A stretch of 64,000 bases of DNA from Octopus sinensis (taxonomy: Eukaryota), in contig NC_042997.1 in the NCBI RefSeq assembly GCF_006345805.1, positions 102,238,001 through 102,302,000 of the forward strand. The letters are read 5' to 3'. The position numbers and the translations under genes are program-made. Numbering within the stretch: position 1 is the first letter of the stretch; every line of letters begins with the position of its first letter. Of the stretch, positions 12,662 through 25,194 are shown piece after piece. The notes under the pieces are model-generated. The model did not search any database, was not told the origin of the DNA, and saw nothing but the letters and a program-made list of their open reading frames with translations.

Positions 12662-14018
12662 ATTTTATAAAAAGTGTGAAAGAAAAGGAAATGTTCCATA
12701 TCGTAACGCAAAAATGTCATGTGTTTAGTATAAGCAGTGAAAGCTAAGACGAAATAATTGCTATTCCGTCGTGTATTCGCCCTCATCTCACGCTCAGTTT
12801 GATAACAGCAGCCTACGCATGTGTTTATCTGGGGGCTTGGCTTCCAGAGCTGTGTGACCCTAACGACTAAAAATTTTCCTGTCTCTATATAGGATCTTTT
12901 TTCATTTTCTTCCAACCACTTGAAAGTTTATCTTGCTCTCGCTTTCCCTCTTTCTCTTTCATTTCCTCTGTATCCCTCCCCTCTCCCGCTTTTAATCCAA
13001 CAATATGTATCTATGTATCAACTTTTTTTCGATCTATGTATCTACTTTTCTTACGATGTGATAAACATTTAAAAACACAAAACGAATGCTGTCACCACTC
13101 ACTGTTTCTTACACACACACACACTCTCTCTCTCTTTTTCTATCTTGCTTCCTCTCTGAAACATTTAAAAGCGCAAAACGAACGTCGTCGCCACTCCCTG
13201 TTTCTTTCACTCTCTTTCTCTCTGTCCTCTCTCGCTTTGCCACTCACTTCTTCTTTCGAAGTGTGACACACACACCACAGGTACGTACAAAAAGAACAAG
13301 TTGGCATATTAATATTATTGCTTTTTGAAAAACTCCCGATTCCTACAACAAGCAGAATTTATACAAAATCCTTATTGTTTTACAGATTGCATTCGAACTT
13401 TCTTTCCATTTCCAGTCGAAGTCAGTAACTTAGAAAGGAATATGTACAACTTAACTGACTTACTCAGAGCAACGACGTTTTCAGTGCGACCTCACAGACT
13501 TAAAGAGCAGTTTTATTCTACACTTTGTAAAGTAAATATCTATAGACATGCGGTCATTCTATATTGCAGCCGTAAACTCAATAGAACCACAGTGCAAAAG
13601 TAATATTCTTCATTAGGATTTTTTTCTTTTGTTGAAACTTCGTGATATTATTCGAATTACCGTAGATTTAGAAGAAATTTTAAAATCCCATGCATCACTG
13701 GGCTTATCCAGAAACATCTTGAGTATGTCAAGTATGTTGTGCCGACGGTGTACAGATATCGTATCGATGGAAAGTGCTGGCATTTCAAATATCGTAACTC
13801 CTTAACTAATATTCTCGTCCATACGATACTTCTCTGCATAAAAACACAATAGAATGCCCTTGAAGAGACTTCAACATACAGTTTCAGGTTTGAAACTTCA
13901 GATGCTCTTTTTGATAGTTTCTTTTTGTGTCGATTATGCAAAGATAATCCAGTGGATTTACTACTATATTTGATGAAATATGTTGATTTTTTATTTTTAT
14001 TTTTTTTTTTTTTAATGT

Positions 14019-14327
14019 GGAGGCGCAACGGCCGAGTGGTTAGGGCAGCGGACTCGCGGTCGGAGGACCGCGGTTTCGATTCCCAGACCGAGCGTTGTGT
14101 GTGTTTATTGAGCAAAAGCACCTAAAAGCTCCACGAGGCTCCGGCATGGGGGGGCGACCCCTGTTGTACTCTTTCGCCCCAACTTTCTCTCACTCTTTCT
14201 TCCTGTTTCTTGAGTAACGCTGCGATGGACTGGCGTCCCGTCCAGCTGGGGTGAACACATACGCCATAAAAACCGAGAAACCGGGCCCATGAGCCTGGCT
14301 AGGCTTGAAAAGGGCGCATAAATAAAA
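14019..14327 (+). mobile_element. tRNA-derived SINE with the same head as the 16.5-kb copy but a different 3' body
   Basis: Near-identical A/B-box head. The 3' part contains TGCGATGGACTGGCGTCCCGTCCAG and an A-rich end. Confidence 0.85.
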
Positions 14328-14736
14328 TTTTAAAATATATTTGAATACTTCTTTTGTTCTTTTAGAGAATGTAACGATGTTTGGGTTGGCATTGTTTTCT
14401 GGTTTCTGTTTGTACATTATTATGAATTTCTGAATGATCGCCAATAAATATAGTTTCTTTTTTTGTTTTGTTTTTTAGTATAATTTCATATCGTAATTAA
14501 ATGACAGCTTTGCTTCCATAAAAATCAATGAGAAATAGTAATAAGGATATTGAAATGCGTGGGCGACATGGAGTCAGAGAACATGTGGAGAAATGCATCT
14601 GCTACATGAACTCGTGTCTGGTCATCAAAGTGTAAGAAAACATCATGAATATGCCATTTGTTTGAAAGAAAGAAAAAAAAGAAAAACTAGTTTGTAAAGG
14701 TCTTTTTTTTTTTTGTTTTCATCACTAATACGTAAG

Positions 14737-14958
14737 GCGGCGAGCTAGAAGAACCGTTAGCACGCTGGGCCATATGTTTAGCAGCATTTCGTTCGTTTTT
14801 ACGTCCCGAGTTCACATTCCATCGAGGTCGACTATGTCTTTCATCCCGTCGGGGTCGACAGAATAGGTACCAGTTGAGTACTGGAGTCAATGTAAACGAT
14901 TTGCCCCCCCCCCATCCCGAAATTGTTGGCCTTGTGCCAAAATTTGAAATCAATATTA
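14737..14958 (+). mobile_element. tRNA-derived SINE, family B
   Basis: GGCGGCGAGCTAGAAGAACCGTTAGC...CTTTCATCC...GTACCAGTTGAG...GGCCTTGTGCCAAAATTTGAAA. Other copies at about 7257-7435, 17980-18150, 23590-23812 (minus), 34513-34722 and 44300-44410 (minus). Confidence 0.8.
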
Positions 14959-16537
14959 GCTATGTATGGTGTTCTTTACTTTCTTATTTTAAAATCTATG
15001 CAGAGATGAAGAATTTAAGCAGAAAATATAAACATTTCCGGGTTCCCTTTATTGAAAGCTTTTCAAATAAAAATGTTTAGTATTTCCCCACTAGTTTTAA
15101 ATTTCGTTAAAAAGTTGAGAGTAACACTAAATCTACAATAAATATTATAATAAATTGTTATATACATGGTGAGCAGCGAGATTCGAAGCGATGACTTGCG
15201 TATTTATTCTTAATACATATCGACAGATACAAACGGAAATATGTTAATTGCAGTTGTGTTTGTCATAGAACAGTTTCTTCTTTGTACTCGATTCTAGAGC
15301 ACCGGTGTTTCGACATATTAATTCTCATCAGCCAGAAGTATCCGGACTAATGAACCTAAACAAGAGTTGATGGCCTTGTTTATAATTTCTGCGAATTGTT
15401 TGCTACTACAATAAAAACTTTCAAAATCTTTTCTTCAGAATGTTGCTTTCTTATTTGAGTACAACTACAAATTTGGCCAATTCGAAACCATTGTAAACTT
15501 ACGGTTTTGAAAGGTGTCATTCAATGCAGACAGGCGATGTCAGAATTATAAAGGGTTAAATTATTTCGTTGCTAGACACAAACATCAACTGCAATCTTGA
15601 GACTGAATATTTTTTTCATGGTGCCTCAAATTTTTTCATAGCTACGGCAAATATAACATCGCTATTCAGACGAGCCTATACTATGGGCCTGAGCTTACCA
15701 TACAGCTCTGCTTGCTTTTTAATTAATTTCTTACTTAGAAACAGCTATACATTAGTAAGCGGGGAGAGTGTGTACGTTTTCTCTAATGTGAATTCAATCG
15801 GGTATCAAAGCTGCGCAACGAGTTTCACTAAGCAGACATTTTTATCCTTTGGTATGTGTACAGCGGGGTGCAAACTCCCAGAAATCTCTTTCTAGCTTAC
15901 TCACATGATATCGATTAAGAAATAACTACACAGAAATAATTTCTAGACATACTCTGCAGCTATCCATAAAGCCTAAAGTTAAACTCTGAAGAGAATGCAA
16001 TAACTACAATCTTCATTTGCTTCTTGGTAACATGAGCAACGTAAGGTGAAAGTATCTACGATCTGAAATAGAAACAGTCATGGACTAAAGCCAATGTGCT
16101 TTCTATACTAAATGCTTCCCACCTAGAAATACTACTAGTAAAATTCAGTCTATTCTTCTGTAGCTGGCTGGATCATTAGCATTAGTATTTAACAATTAAC
16201 AGGTAGCTAGCATGAGTTAAATGTTTTTCTCTAACCCTAACCCTAAGGAATACACTGGAGAGCTAATACTGATTAGAAATGTTACTAAAATATTACTAAC
16301 TATAGAGAAATATGAAGCATCGGTACTTGAGATATTCGGGCTCCGGTTTCACGTGTAGCATAGAAAATTTTAGTTTTAATGATTAATTTCATAAATATCA
16401 ATCATCTGTACTCACTTTAAGTACAGCAGTCAACTTACCTGTATTTAGTTATCTGTAGGTATGTAGGCTAACAGAAGCAGGTCAAGGAAACTTTCTTATG
16501 TAACTTATAGCTAACTAAAATGAATTATATAAAAATT

Positions 16538-16922
16538 GGTGGAGGCGCAATGGCCCAGTGGTTAAGGCAGCGGACTCGCGGTCGTAGGATCGCGGTTTCG
16601 ATTCCCAGACCGGGCGTTGTGAGTGTTTATTGAGCAAAAACACCTAAAAGCTCCACGATGCTCCGGCAGGGATGGTGGTGATCCCTGCTGTACTCTTTCA
16701 CCACAACTTTCTCTCACTCTTACTTCCTGTTTCTGTTGTACCTGTATTTCAAAGGGCTGGCCTTGTCACTCTCTGTGTCACGCTGAATATCCCCGAGAAC
16801 TACGTTAAGGGTACACGTGTCTGTGGAGTGCTCAGCCACTTACACGTTAATTTCACGAGCAGGCTGTTCCGTTGATCGGATCAACCGGAACCCTCGTCGT
16901 CGTAACCGACGGAGTGCTTCCA
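16538..16922 (+). mobile_element. Young tRNA-derived SINE with 11-bp TSD ATATAAAAATT
   Basis: Pol III A box TGGCCCAGTGG and B box GGTTTCGATTCC. TSD at 16527-16537 and 16923-16933. Confidence 0.88.
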
Positions 16923-18751
16923 ATATAAAAATTAATGAGTTGTTTAAAGCATAAAATAAATAAAACAAATTTCCTTCAATTTGAAAGATCAGTTATGCCT
17001 AGTAACCAAGTTTAAGGGACTACAAACTCCATTTGAAAAAAAATTAAGGAAAATGATAATGTACACAACATGGTAATTATATGATAAAAGAAGTAAGACA
17101 CGTTCTAATAACCATTAAAAGATGTCAAATGTTACTGTAAAAAAACAACATTAAACCAATAACGTATATGGTGCTTAATAGGAAAATCATTTGCAGCGAT
17201 TTTCTTGCGTTTAAGTACCATAACTTTTTAACCAGTTTTGGATTGAAAAAAATTAAGACCTATTTAAATATACACTAATTTCTTTAAACGAAGAAATATC
17301 AATAAGATGCCATTATTAAAATTATTCTTTATACCTATTTTTACTTGCTCCAGCTATTGAACTGCAGCCATACTGGGACACCACCTTCAAGTGTTTTAGT
17401 CGAACAAATCAATCCCAATACTTAGTATTTAAATCTGGTACTTAGCAGTTCAGCAAGAAGTGAACGAAATGATAAGTCACAGGAACGTAAACCAACACCA
17501 GCAGTGGCGTATGCACACACACACAATGCGCTTCCACAGTTTCCATCTACCAAATTCACTCACAAGACTCGAGGCAACAGTAGTGGACATTTGCCCAAGG
17601 TGCCGAGCAGTAGGACTGAACCCAAAGTGGAAATCCAAAATCTTGATCATTTCCTTGCAATTACAGATTGTTGCTATTTTCAGCATTCCCCACCAATTAT
17701 AAAAGCTAAGTCATTTTTTTTAAACGGAAGATCTAATGTATTTTATAGGCGGGTCTTTTATAATTGCTGATCAAGTTAGAAACAAGTCATGAAAGCCTAT
17801 ATTGCTAATATGACATGATTGCCTCATGTAATTAAGATGAAATTTTATTTCTTGGATTTATCTTGTACTTGTTTCAGTTATTGGATTGCGGCCATACTTC
17901 AGCATCGCTTTGAAGGGTTTTGGTCAAACAAATTGACCCTAGCACTTATTACTAATTTTGGTACTTAATCTATCGATCATTAGCACGCCGAGAGAAAATG
18001 CTTAGTTGAAATCTCACTGAAGTTGACTTCACCTTTCATCCTTTCGGAAGTCGATAAAATAAGTACCAGTTGAACACTGGGGAGCGATGTAATCGACTTG
18101 GCCCCGCCCCCAAAACTGCTGGCCTTATACCAAAATTTAAAGCCAATATTTATTTGAAGTTATGAAACAAACGCGCAAAAAAATATTTTTCAGAGGGCAA
18201 GTGTCTTCTACTTATAGCCTTGAACCAAGCAATGCCTTGAGTGGATTTCATGTGCGGAACCTGTAAGAAGCATGTACATATGTTTGTGTGTGCCTCCTTG
18301 TCATGACATCGTGTAATAGTTGTAAATGACTGACACTGTCACACGAATGGGGTTATTTCCAATCTTCTATAAAAACACGTCCAGACATGGGCGAGTGTAA
18401 CCTAGCTTGGAATAGGTAGAGGTAAGCAAGAGAAAGGGCATCCAACAGTAGAAAATGCCTCGACAACAAATTCCGTCTGACCCATGCAAGATGGAAAAGT
18501 AGACGTTAACATGATGACGATCATCGTAGCATCACTAGAATCCCTCCCCACACCCACCAAATAGAAAGAAGAGAGAGAGAGAAAGAGAGACAAAAAAAAG
18601 AGACTGAACATACTCCACTTAGTCAACAATATCATGACCTTTTACGAGTTAGAGAAAAGTCAGTGTTTTTCCTGAATGAAAATGCAGTACAATATAACAA
18701 TTAGATTGGATGTTGGAGTTGACTTAGTATTTAACTAGATTTTGTAATGTA

Positions 18752-20690
18752 CAGGAATCCCTCTTTTTACGGAAAGAATGCGTTTCTGAAAGCTTGTCCG
18801 TAACGCGAGGTTTCGTAATATGGAATTTTCTTATTGATTTTCATATCAAGTGAGACTGCATTCCTGCGGACTTTTCAGGGAGGTGGGGAGAACAAGCAAT
18901 CACTTTCATACACGAAAATAATTTCTAAACTTACACGGTCCAGTATGCCACAAACATAAAAACACAAAAACATTTCGAGAGGAATACGTTAGGGAATTAA
19001 TAAGAATCGTAATATCGAAAGAATGCATTCTTACTACCAAAGATGTTGACTACTGTAATGGTTGTGGAATGAATGTTACTAGAAGGATGAGGGACAATAT
19101 TTACTATCTTATAGTCATTATCACAAACATCAGCTGGACGCACCATCTCTTTGTACGGCTCAGTATAGAAATTGATCTTATTGTAAATTCCTCTTGTAAT
19201 TTTATTTTACAATTAATATCATTATCAGCAAAAACCTGCAAAATTTTCTCTGTAAGTGCCAACCCATCGCAATATTTTTTGGAGCCAATTTATGTGATGG
19301 AGGTGAAACTTCTGTCGGCTCATCTGTATTCTCAGTTTCTTTTTCCAGCATCAGCTCCTCGTTCGATAAACTTTCTTCGATACCAGCAACTCAATGACAT
19401 TATTCTCAACGACTTCTTCCAATCCTACATCCTTTGCAAGTGCCACAATATCCTTCTGCTTGAGGAAAACATTTAATGTCATGGATACAGTCTGGCCGTA
19501 TTTGTTTTTATCCAAGCACTATTCAAAGTTGGTTTCACTTCATCCCACGACTCAGCCATATTATCTACAACATTCATTATGTTGAATTTCGTCAAGAAAT
19601 CTCTAACTGTAGGTTTATCCTCCGTCAGTTGCATTAGTAAATTGAATCGCATATAATATGCCTTGAAGTAGGCTATCACACCTTGATCCATTGGCCAAAA
19701 CAAAGAAGTTGTATTCTTGGAGACATATTCTATTCTCACATTATCAAAAATATAATTTACGTTCAATTGGCGGCTCAGTACATTGTAAGACAGTTCAGAT
19801 TTTATAGATAAGCCAGAAGTGCAAGGGGCGAATTAAGACAAACACACACACTCTCTCTCATGCAAACATGTTGGCGTATATGCTATCTGTTGCAGCCAGT
19901 TGGATTCAAAAGTTGGTGGGTTGATAGTGGGGATAGCATGGTTTGCATTGATTTAGATGTTGGTCAAAGTGGTTGTATATTGTTGGTGTTGCAGTGGTTA
20001 TATTGCTCTTGCTGTTTAGTCTCCAGTCAATCCTCATAGACATTTCATTCAATTTTTAAAATACACTAGGACACTACATTGTTTTTATTTGAAACGGATC
20101 TGCTTATCCACTTCATTCTATATTGCTGTTGGTTGTTGCGTTCGTGTTGATGAGAGAAACGTACATCCATACATACACACATTAAAAAATAGAGAGAGAG
20201 GGGGGGACCGAGAGGGTGATATAGATAAACATGTTTGGGCTTGAATATAAAATATACATATACACATGTAAATATATACAGGGATATATACAGAGAGAGA
20301 GAGAGAGGAATAAAAACTGAAAATATTCAGATAAACACTCATATATAAACAAATTTAGTCCTCGACAAAGATCTCGGAATGTAAGTTCAAATCATCTGAG
20401 CACTAGTGTTTTCTATATTGAGCATCTCTGGATCTCACCTGTTGACTCACGTGTGTGTGTGTGTGTGTAACGTGATGATAGTTTTCCAAATCGTTAGCTA
20501 TATACTTTGATCTTAACTAAAACGCAAAATGGCCATTGAGCTAAGAAGAAAGTGCAGTTTTAAATTCTTTAACAATTCAAAATATATGCACTACGAGTTT
20601 CCGTAAGAGCGAAATTATAGACCGCATTCCGAAATTTCCGTAAGCGCGAAATCTCGTAACCTGATATAGCTATAATGCGCGGGATACCTG
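18752..20690 (-). mobile_element. Tigger/pogo-like (Tc1-mariner superfamily) DNA transposon remnant with both ends and TA TSD
   Basis: TA|CAGGAATCCC ... GGGATACCTG|TA. Decayed DDE_1-type transposase (NTTSLFWPMDQGVIAYFKAYY, ORF 19479..19766) plus a Tigger1-like C-terminal fragment (ALAKDVGLEEV..ELL). Confidence 0.85.
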
Positions 20691-20852
20691 TATTTATATC
20701 AAGATTAATTCCAAACTTAATATTTTACAAGAAAATATGACTTATCACTGTGTTGATATGTCAGGGCTTAAAATTAGATACATGGGAGTCTGATTAAAAC
20801 AGCAACAACTGCTAAGAAGAAAACCAAACCCACTAATCAAATTTTTAAAAAG

Positions 20853-21433
20853 TTTTATATTATAAAAGAGCTGATCTCTGTCCGTCCACCCGTCACAAGA
20901 TACATGTAGAAGAGAAAAAAATTGTTGTTGAGGGGGAAATACAGTGAGATAGTGTGTGAAAGGTAGATATACAGGTAGTGTTGTCACCATAGTAACTAAC
21001 AAGTTTTGACTAAAAACGAGGGAATTTTAAGTACAAGTCTGTCAACACAACACAGGCTTCCAAAAAAATTTTTTTAACTTCCACCATATAACAAAATCGT
21101 TATTTTTTTTTTGTATGTATGTATTTCTGTATATCTTTTAACATACGGCAACGCAACAGACTTTAGAAGCCTTTCACCATGATGACAGGTGGTCGCTGCT
21201 ATTGAGAAATTCAGTGTGTGTGTATGCGTGTGAAAGAATTATGTTACAAGACAAAAAACAGGTTGTTGTTGAGTAATATAGATAGTGGGTATGTGTGTGT
21301 GAAAGATAGATCGGTAGTGTTGTCACCATAATAACAAACGAGACTTTCACTTTATAAGTCTCTACTATTAAAAAGATACGTGCATGGTTAACAAATATTT
21401 TTACCGGCAGCAAAGCGACGGATATATACCTAG
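20853..21433 (+). mobile_element. Non-autonomous Helitron-like element with an internal duplication
   Basis: 5' TTTTATATTATAAAAGAG resembles the 62-kb elements. 3' GC-rich hairpin-like CCGGCAGCAAAGCGACGG, then CTAG|T. Two related internal segments (about 20900-21010 and 21240-21350). 5' TC not clearly preserved. Confidence 0.6.
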
Positions 21434-23429
21434 TTTGATATAAAAGTTTACTGAATCTTGATGACAAAAAAAAAAACCCAGTAACAACTAATCTATTAAA
21501 TTCTTGACAGATAAGTGAAAGACTTCATGGTCATAAGGTCAATATAAATGAAACGGTTTATTTAGTGAAAGAACTAAACAACAAGAGAGGAAAGGCTACA
21601 GCCTCTATATAGAGAATTATAAACCTGCTATAACTTTTCAACAGTAATAACATTTTCTTTCCATATATTCATAGTATAGACGTTTTTCATTTTTTTCTCA
21701 CAATTTTCTTTGCTGATTGTCAGTTCCTTTTTATTATGACAATAACCATTTTCAAGGAGGATATTCCTCAAATGACAAAAAAAAAACATGTTGAACTATT
21801 TTCAGCACTGAAAAATATCAGCAAATTTTAGGGATAAAAACGAAAAAGAAATCCTTGCAACTCATATCTTTACAATTTAAGAATCTTACACACATCCCAT
21901 GTTTAAACTCTCTGGTTAAGCCACATTACTCTGTAAGGGGCATAGAGCTGGTTTCTTGGCTTCTCTGGTCTATTCTTCCTTGGAAAAGATGCTGGTTGGT
22001 CGCAGGATAACTCATTTTTACCAGCTGAATAGATAGGAGCAACGTGAAATGAAGTGCTTTGCTCAAAAACGCAACGCATTACCTGGTCTGGGAATCGAAA
22101 CCATTATCTTACGATCATGAGCCATTTACTAACACTTTGATGCCTCGCAATTTTCCAAGATTGACTAGGTTTCAATTTTTATCAAATATAAAACCTTATT
22201 AGCATTTTACCTTAAACAAAGCATCCAAGGTTAGGTTAAGATAATTTATTATCCTTCCTAAATATTCATGAGTTAGGTCCTATAGTTGTTTCTCTTACCA
22301 TAACTAACAGTTTAGTTCTCCAGAGTCCTAATATTCATAAAGCCAGAGATTAACTCAAATTCCGTAGCTTATAAGTTGACTGAAATTATAACACTCCCTC
22401 CAAATCTGAATGGGACGCAAGCCCATTGCAGGGTTAACATCTTGGTTACTGGTAGAACTCATTTACAGCTGAGTGGATTGAAGTAACAATGAAATACTGG
22501 AATAGAAGCCACAATCTTGTGAACGTGAGTACAAAGCCATGTGTCTTCATGACTCGCTAAGCTCTTCAGAACCTCATTGCTACCATCCTGACACCACTCA
22601 AATATTCAAATCAGCACTTTTGAATTAATATTTTTACTGGACGAATAAGATATCTCTCAGTTTCAACAATAAGTATTGTTTGATGAACTGAATTTCCTGC
22701 CAACTGAATTGATAAGTTGCTGAGCAATCCACAGACATATACACTCTTAATGTAAATTCTCAGACAAAATCAGCGACACACAGCATATGACAAGAATATA
22801 CTTTTAAATTACAAGTCTAAGACTTTTATAGCATTCTCATCAACCTATTTTTACTCAAAAGTTGGGTCGACCTGGGGATATAGAAAATTACATTCGCCTA
22901 AAATGCCAAGGACCTTGTGGTTGTGAAGTGAACCACTTAAAACCATTCAGCTATAAATATGCCTGATATATGTTTACTAATTTCCAAATGAAACATTAAC
23001 CCTTTTCTTAACCTTTATTTTGTTAGCATCCACTGGCTGTTGAGACTGTTCATTCAAAATAGAAACTTATTACAAATTCTGAAATAATTCAGTTATGTTA
23101 ATATAGTTCTTTACTGATAAAAAGTTATAGTGAAGACTTTTGGTTCATTTAACTAAATCTGTCAAGCATTGTGAGCAGAGATTAATCAGGCACATTTCTT
23201 GAGCAGTTAGTGTTGTCAGGTGATTCTCTGTTGACTATCTCTCTAAAATATTCATCTCTTAGCAGAAGGGTGATGAGTTTGAACAGAAAGCAGAGTGATG
23301 CATACAATATATACATTAAAAAGCACACACACACAGAGAAAAAACTGTGGAGTGGAGGTGGCCTAATAGATCACATAAGCTATGATAAATTTATAATGCA
23401 TTCTCAAATGTAGCTACGTCTGCGCAAAA

Positions 23430-25139
23430 GTGTTCAAGATTTATTTTTACATAAAAGTGCTTTTCTATACATCTTAATATAAACATATTACATGTGAAAA
23501 AGTAAGTTCCCCAAAAAATTCTCCATTTCTATTCCATTGCTGGCTTATAGTCTCCATGGATTGTCATTGGATAATTTCCAATTATAATGGTTTCAAAGTT
23601 TGGCACAAGGCCAGCAGTTTTAGAGGAAGTGAGGTTAATCAAATTAAATCAACCCAAGTACTAGACTGGTACTTTATTTTACTGACCCTGAAAGGATGAC
23701 AAGCAAAGGTGACCCCCAGTGGGATTTGAGCTCAGCACATTAAGAGCCAGAAGAAACGCTACTAAGCATTTTGTCTGATCTAACATACTACTAATTCTGC
23801 CACCTGGCCACCTTATTATTTCCAATTATAATACAAACAAAATACTGACAAGAAAAAAAAAGAAAAGAAATCAACAAGCATCCAAAAACTATTAGAAAGC
23901 AACACACACACACACAACCAGCATTGTGCTAATATAACAAGCATGTTGGAAATTTATGTTGAGATTTATAAAGTAGGAATATCTACAATATATACACTAT
24001 TAAAAAACAAACAAAAAATACCAGAAACTGTTTAATAGTTTCTTACAAAGTATATGAAGAACCATTTTTGAATATTCAACAATGGGTATGCATGTACATC
24101 TATATATGTACACACACACACACATATATATACATACATATACACACATTATATACAAGTGTCTGAATGTGTATATAATGTGTGTTCTTTGAGAGAAAAA
24201 TGCTCAAAAAATTCATTTGCCATCATGAATAATACAAACACTTTCTTACTGTCATGTATAAAAAGAAAATAAGTATAAAATAAAAAATGATTTATATATA
24301 TATATATATTGAACAGATAACATGGCAAATACATATTTTTATTATTATCAAAATTGTTAAATCTTTTTCATAATGATAATCTAACAATTATATGATTTAA
24401 CCAATTTTCAGCAATTCACCTTTAAATTAAAACAGTTTTTAACTTATTTATGGTCACTGAGTAAAAGATAAAAAATCATGGATAACAGGCACATTTGAGT
24501 TAGGAAGCAAAAATTGAAATATTCTCAGCGCCTTCTTCGATTTTCAAAAAGATGAGAAGTTGACGAGCAGATCAAAAACAGAAAAAAAAAAAAAAAACTT
24601 TAAAAAATCAAAAGAAAAATCACACGTGATGTTTCCTTTTATATTGATAAAAAAAAAAATTCTATCAAATTCAAGAATATATATTGTATATATATATATA
24701 CAGAACAATTCAAATGATTACTGATAACAATCTAACAAAACGATTAAAAAAAAAAAATATTTACTGATACCAGTATATACAAATATTCGCAAAATCTTGC
24801 AGAAATGGTAATCTAAGATGCAGTCAAAGACCAAAAATTGGTTTAAAAAGAATAAGCAAATTTACATTACTCAACCCTTTTGTGACTACATTTCTAATGA
24901 GTAAACTGCCACTGTGTTTCTATTACAGTTCAATATAATCAGGGTTTGGAAGGGTTTTGCATATGTTTCCTCAATTTCACTTGTAGAGTATTTTTGTAAT
25001 CAGTTTTAATAAATTTTAATAACAGCTTACAGGAGAAACCACTCAGGATATTAAATTTGTTCATAACTGATCTAAAGTAACAATGCTAAAAAACTTAATA
25101 GGTGCATGCATGTATACATACACACACACACACACGCTG

Positions 25140-25194
<55 letters not shown>

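Noticed and set aside
16541-16615. tRNA genes at about 14019 and 16541
   Set aside because: A and B boxes are present but there is no clean cloverleaf or acceptor stem, and they continue into SINE bodies, one with a TSD.
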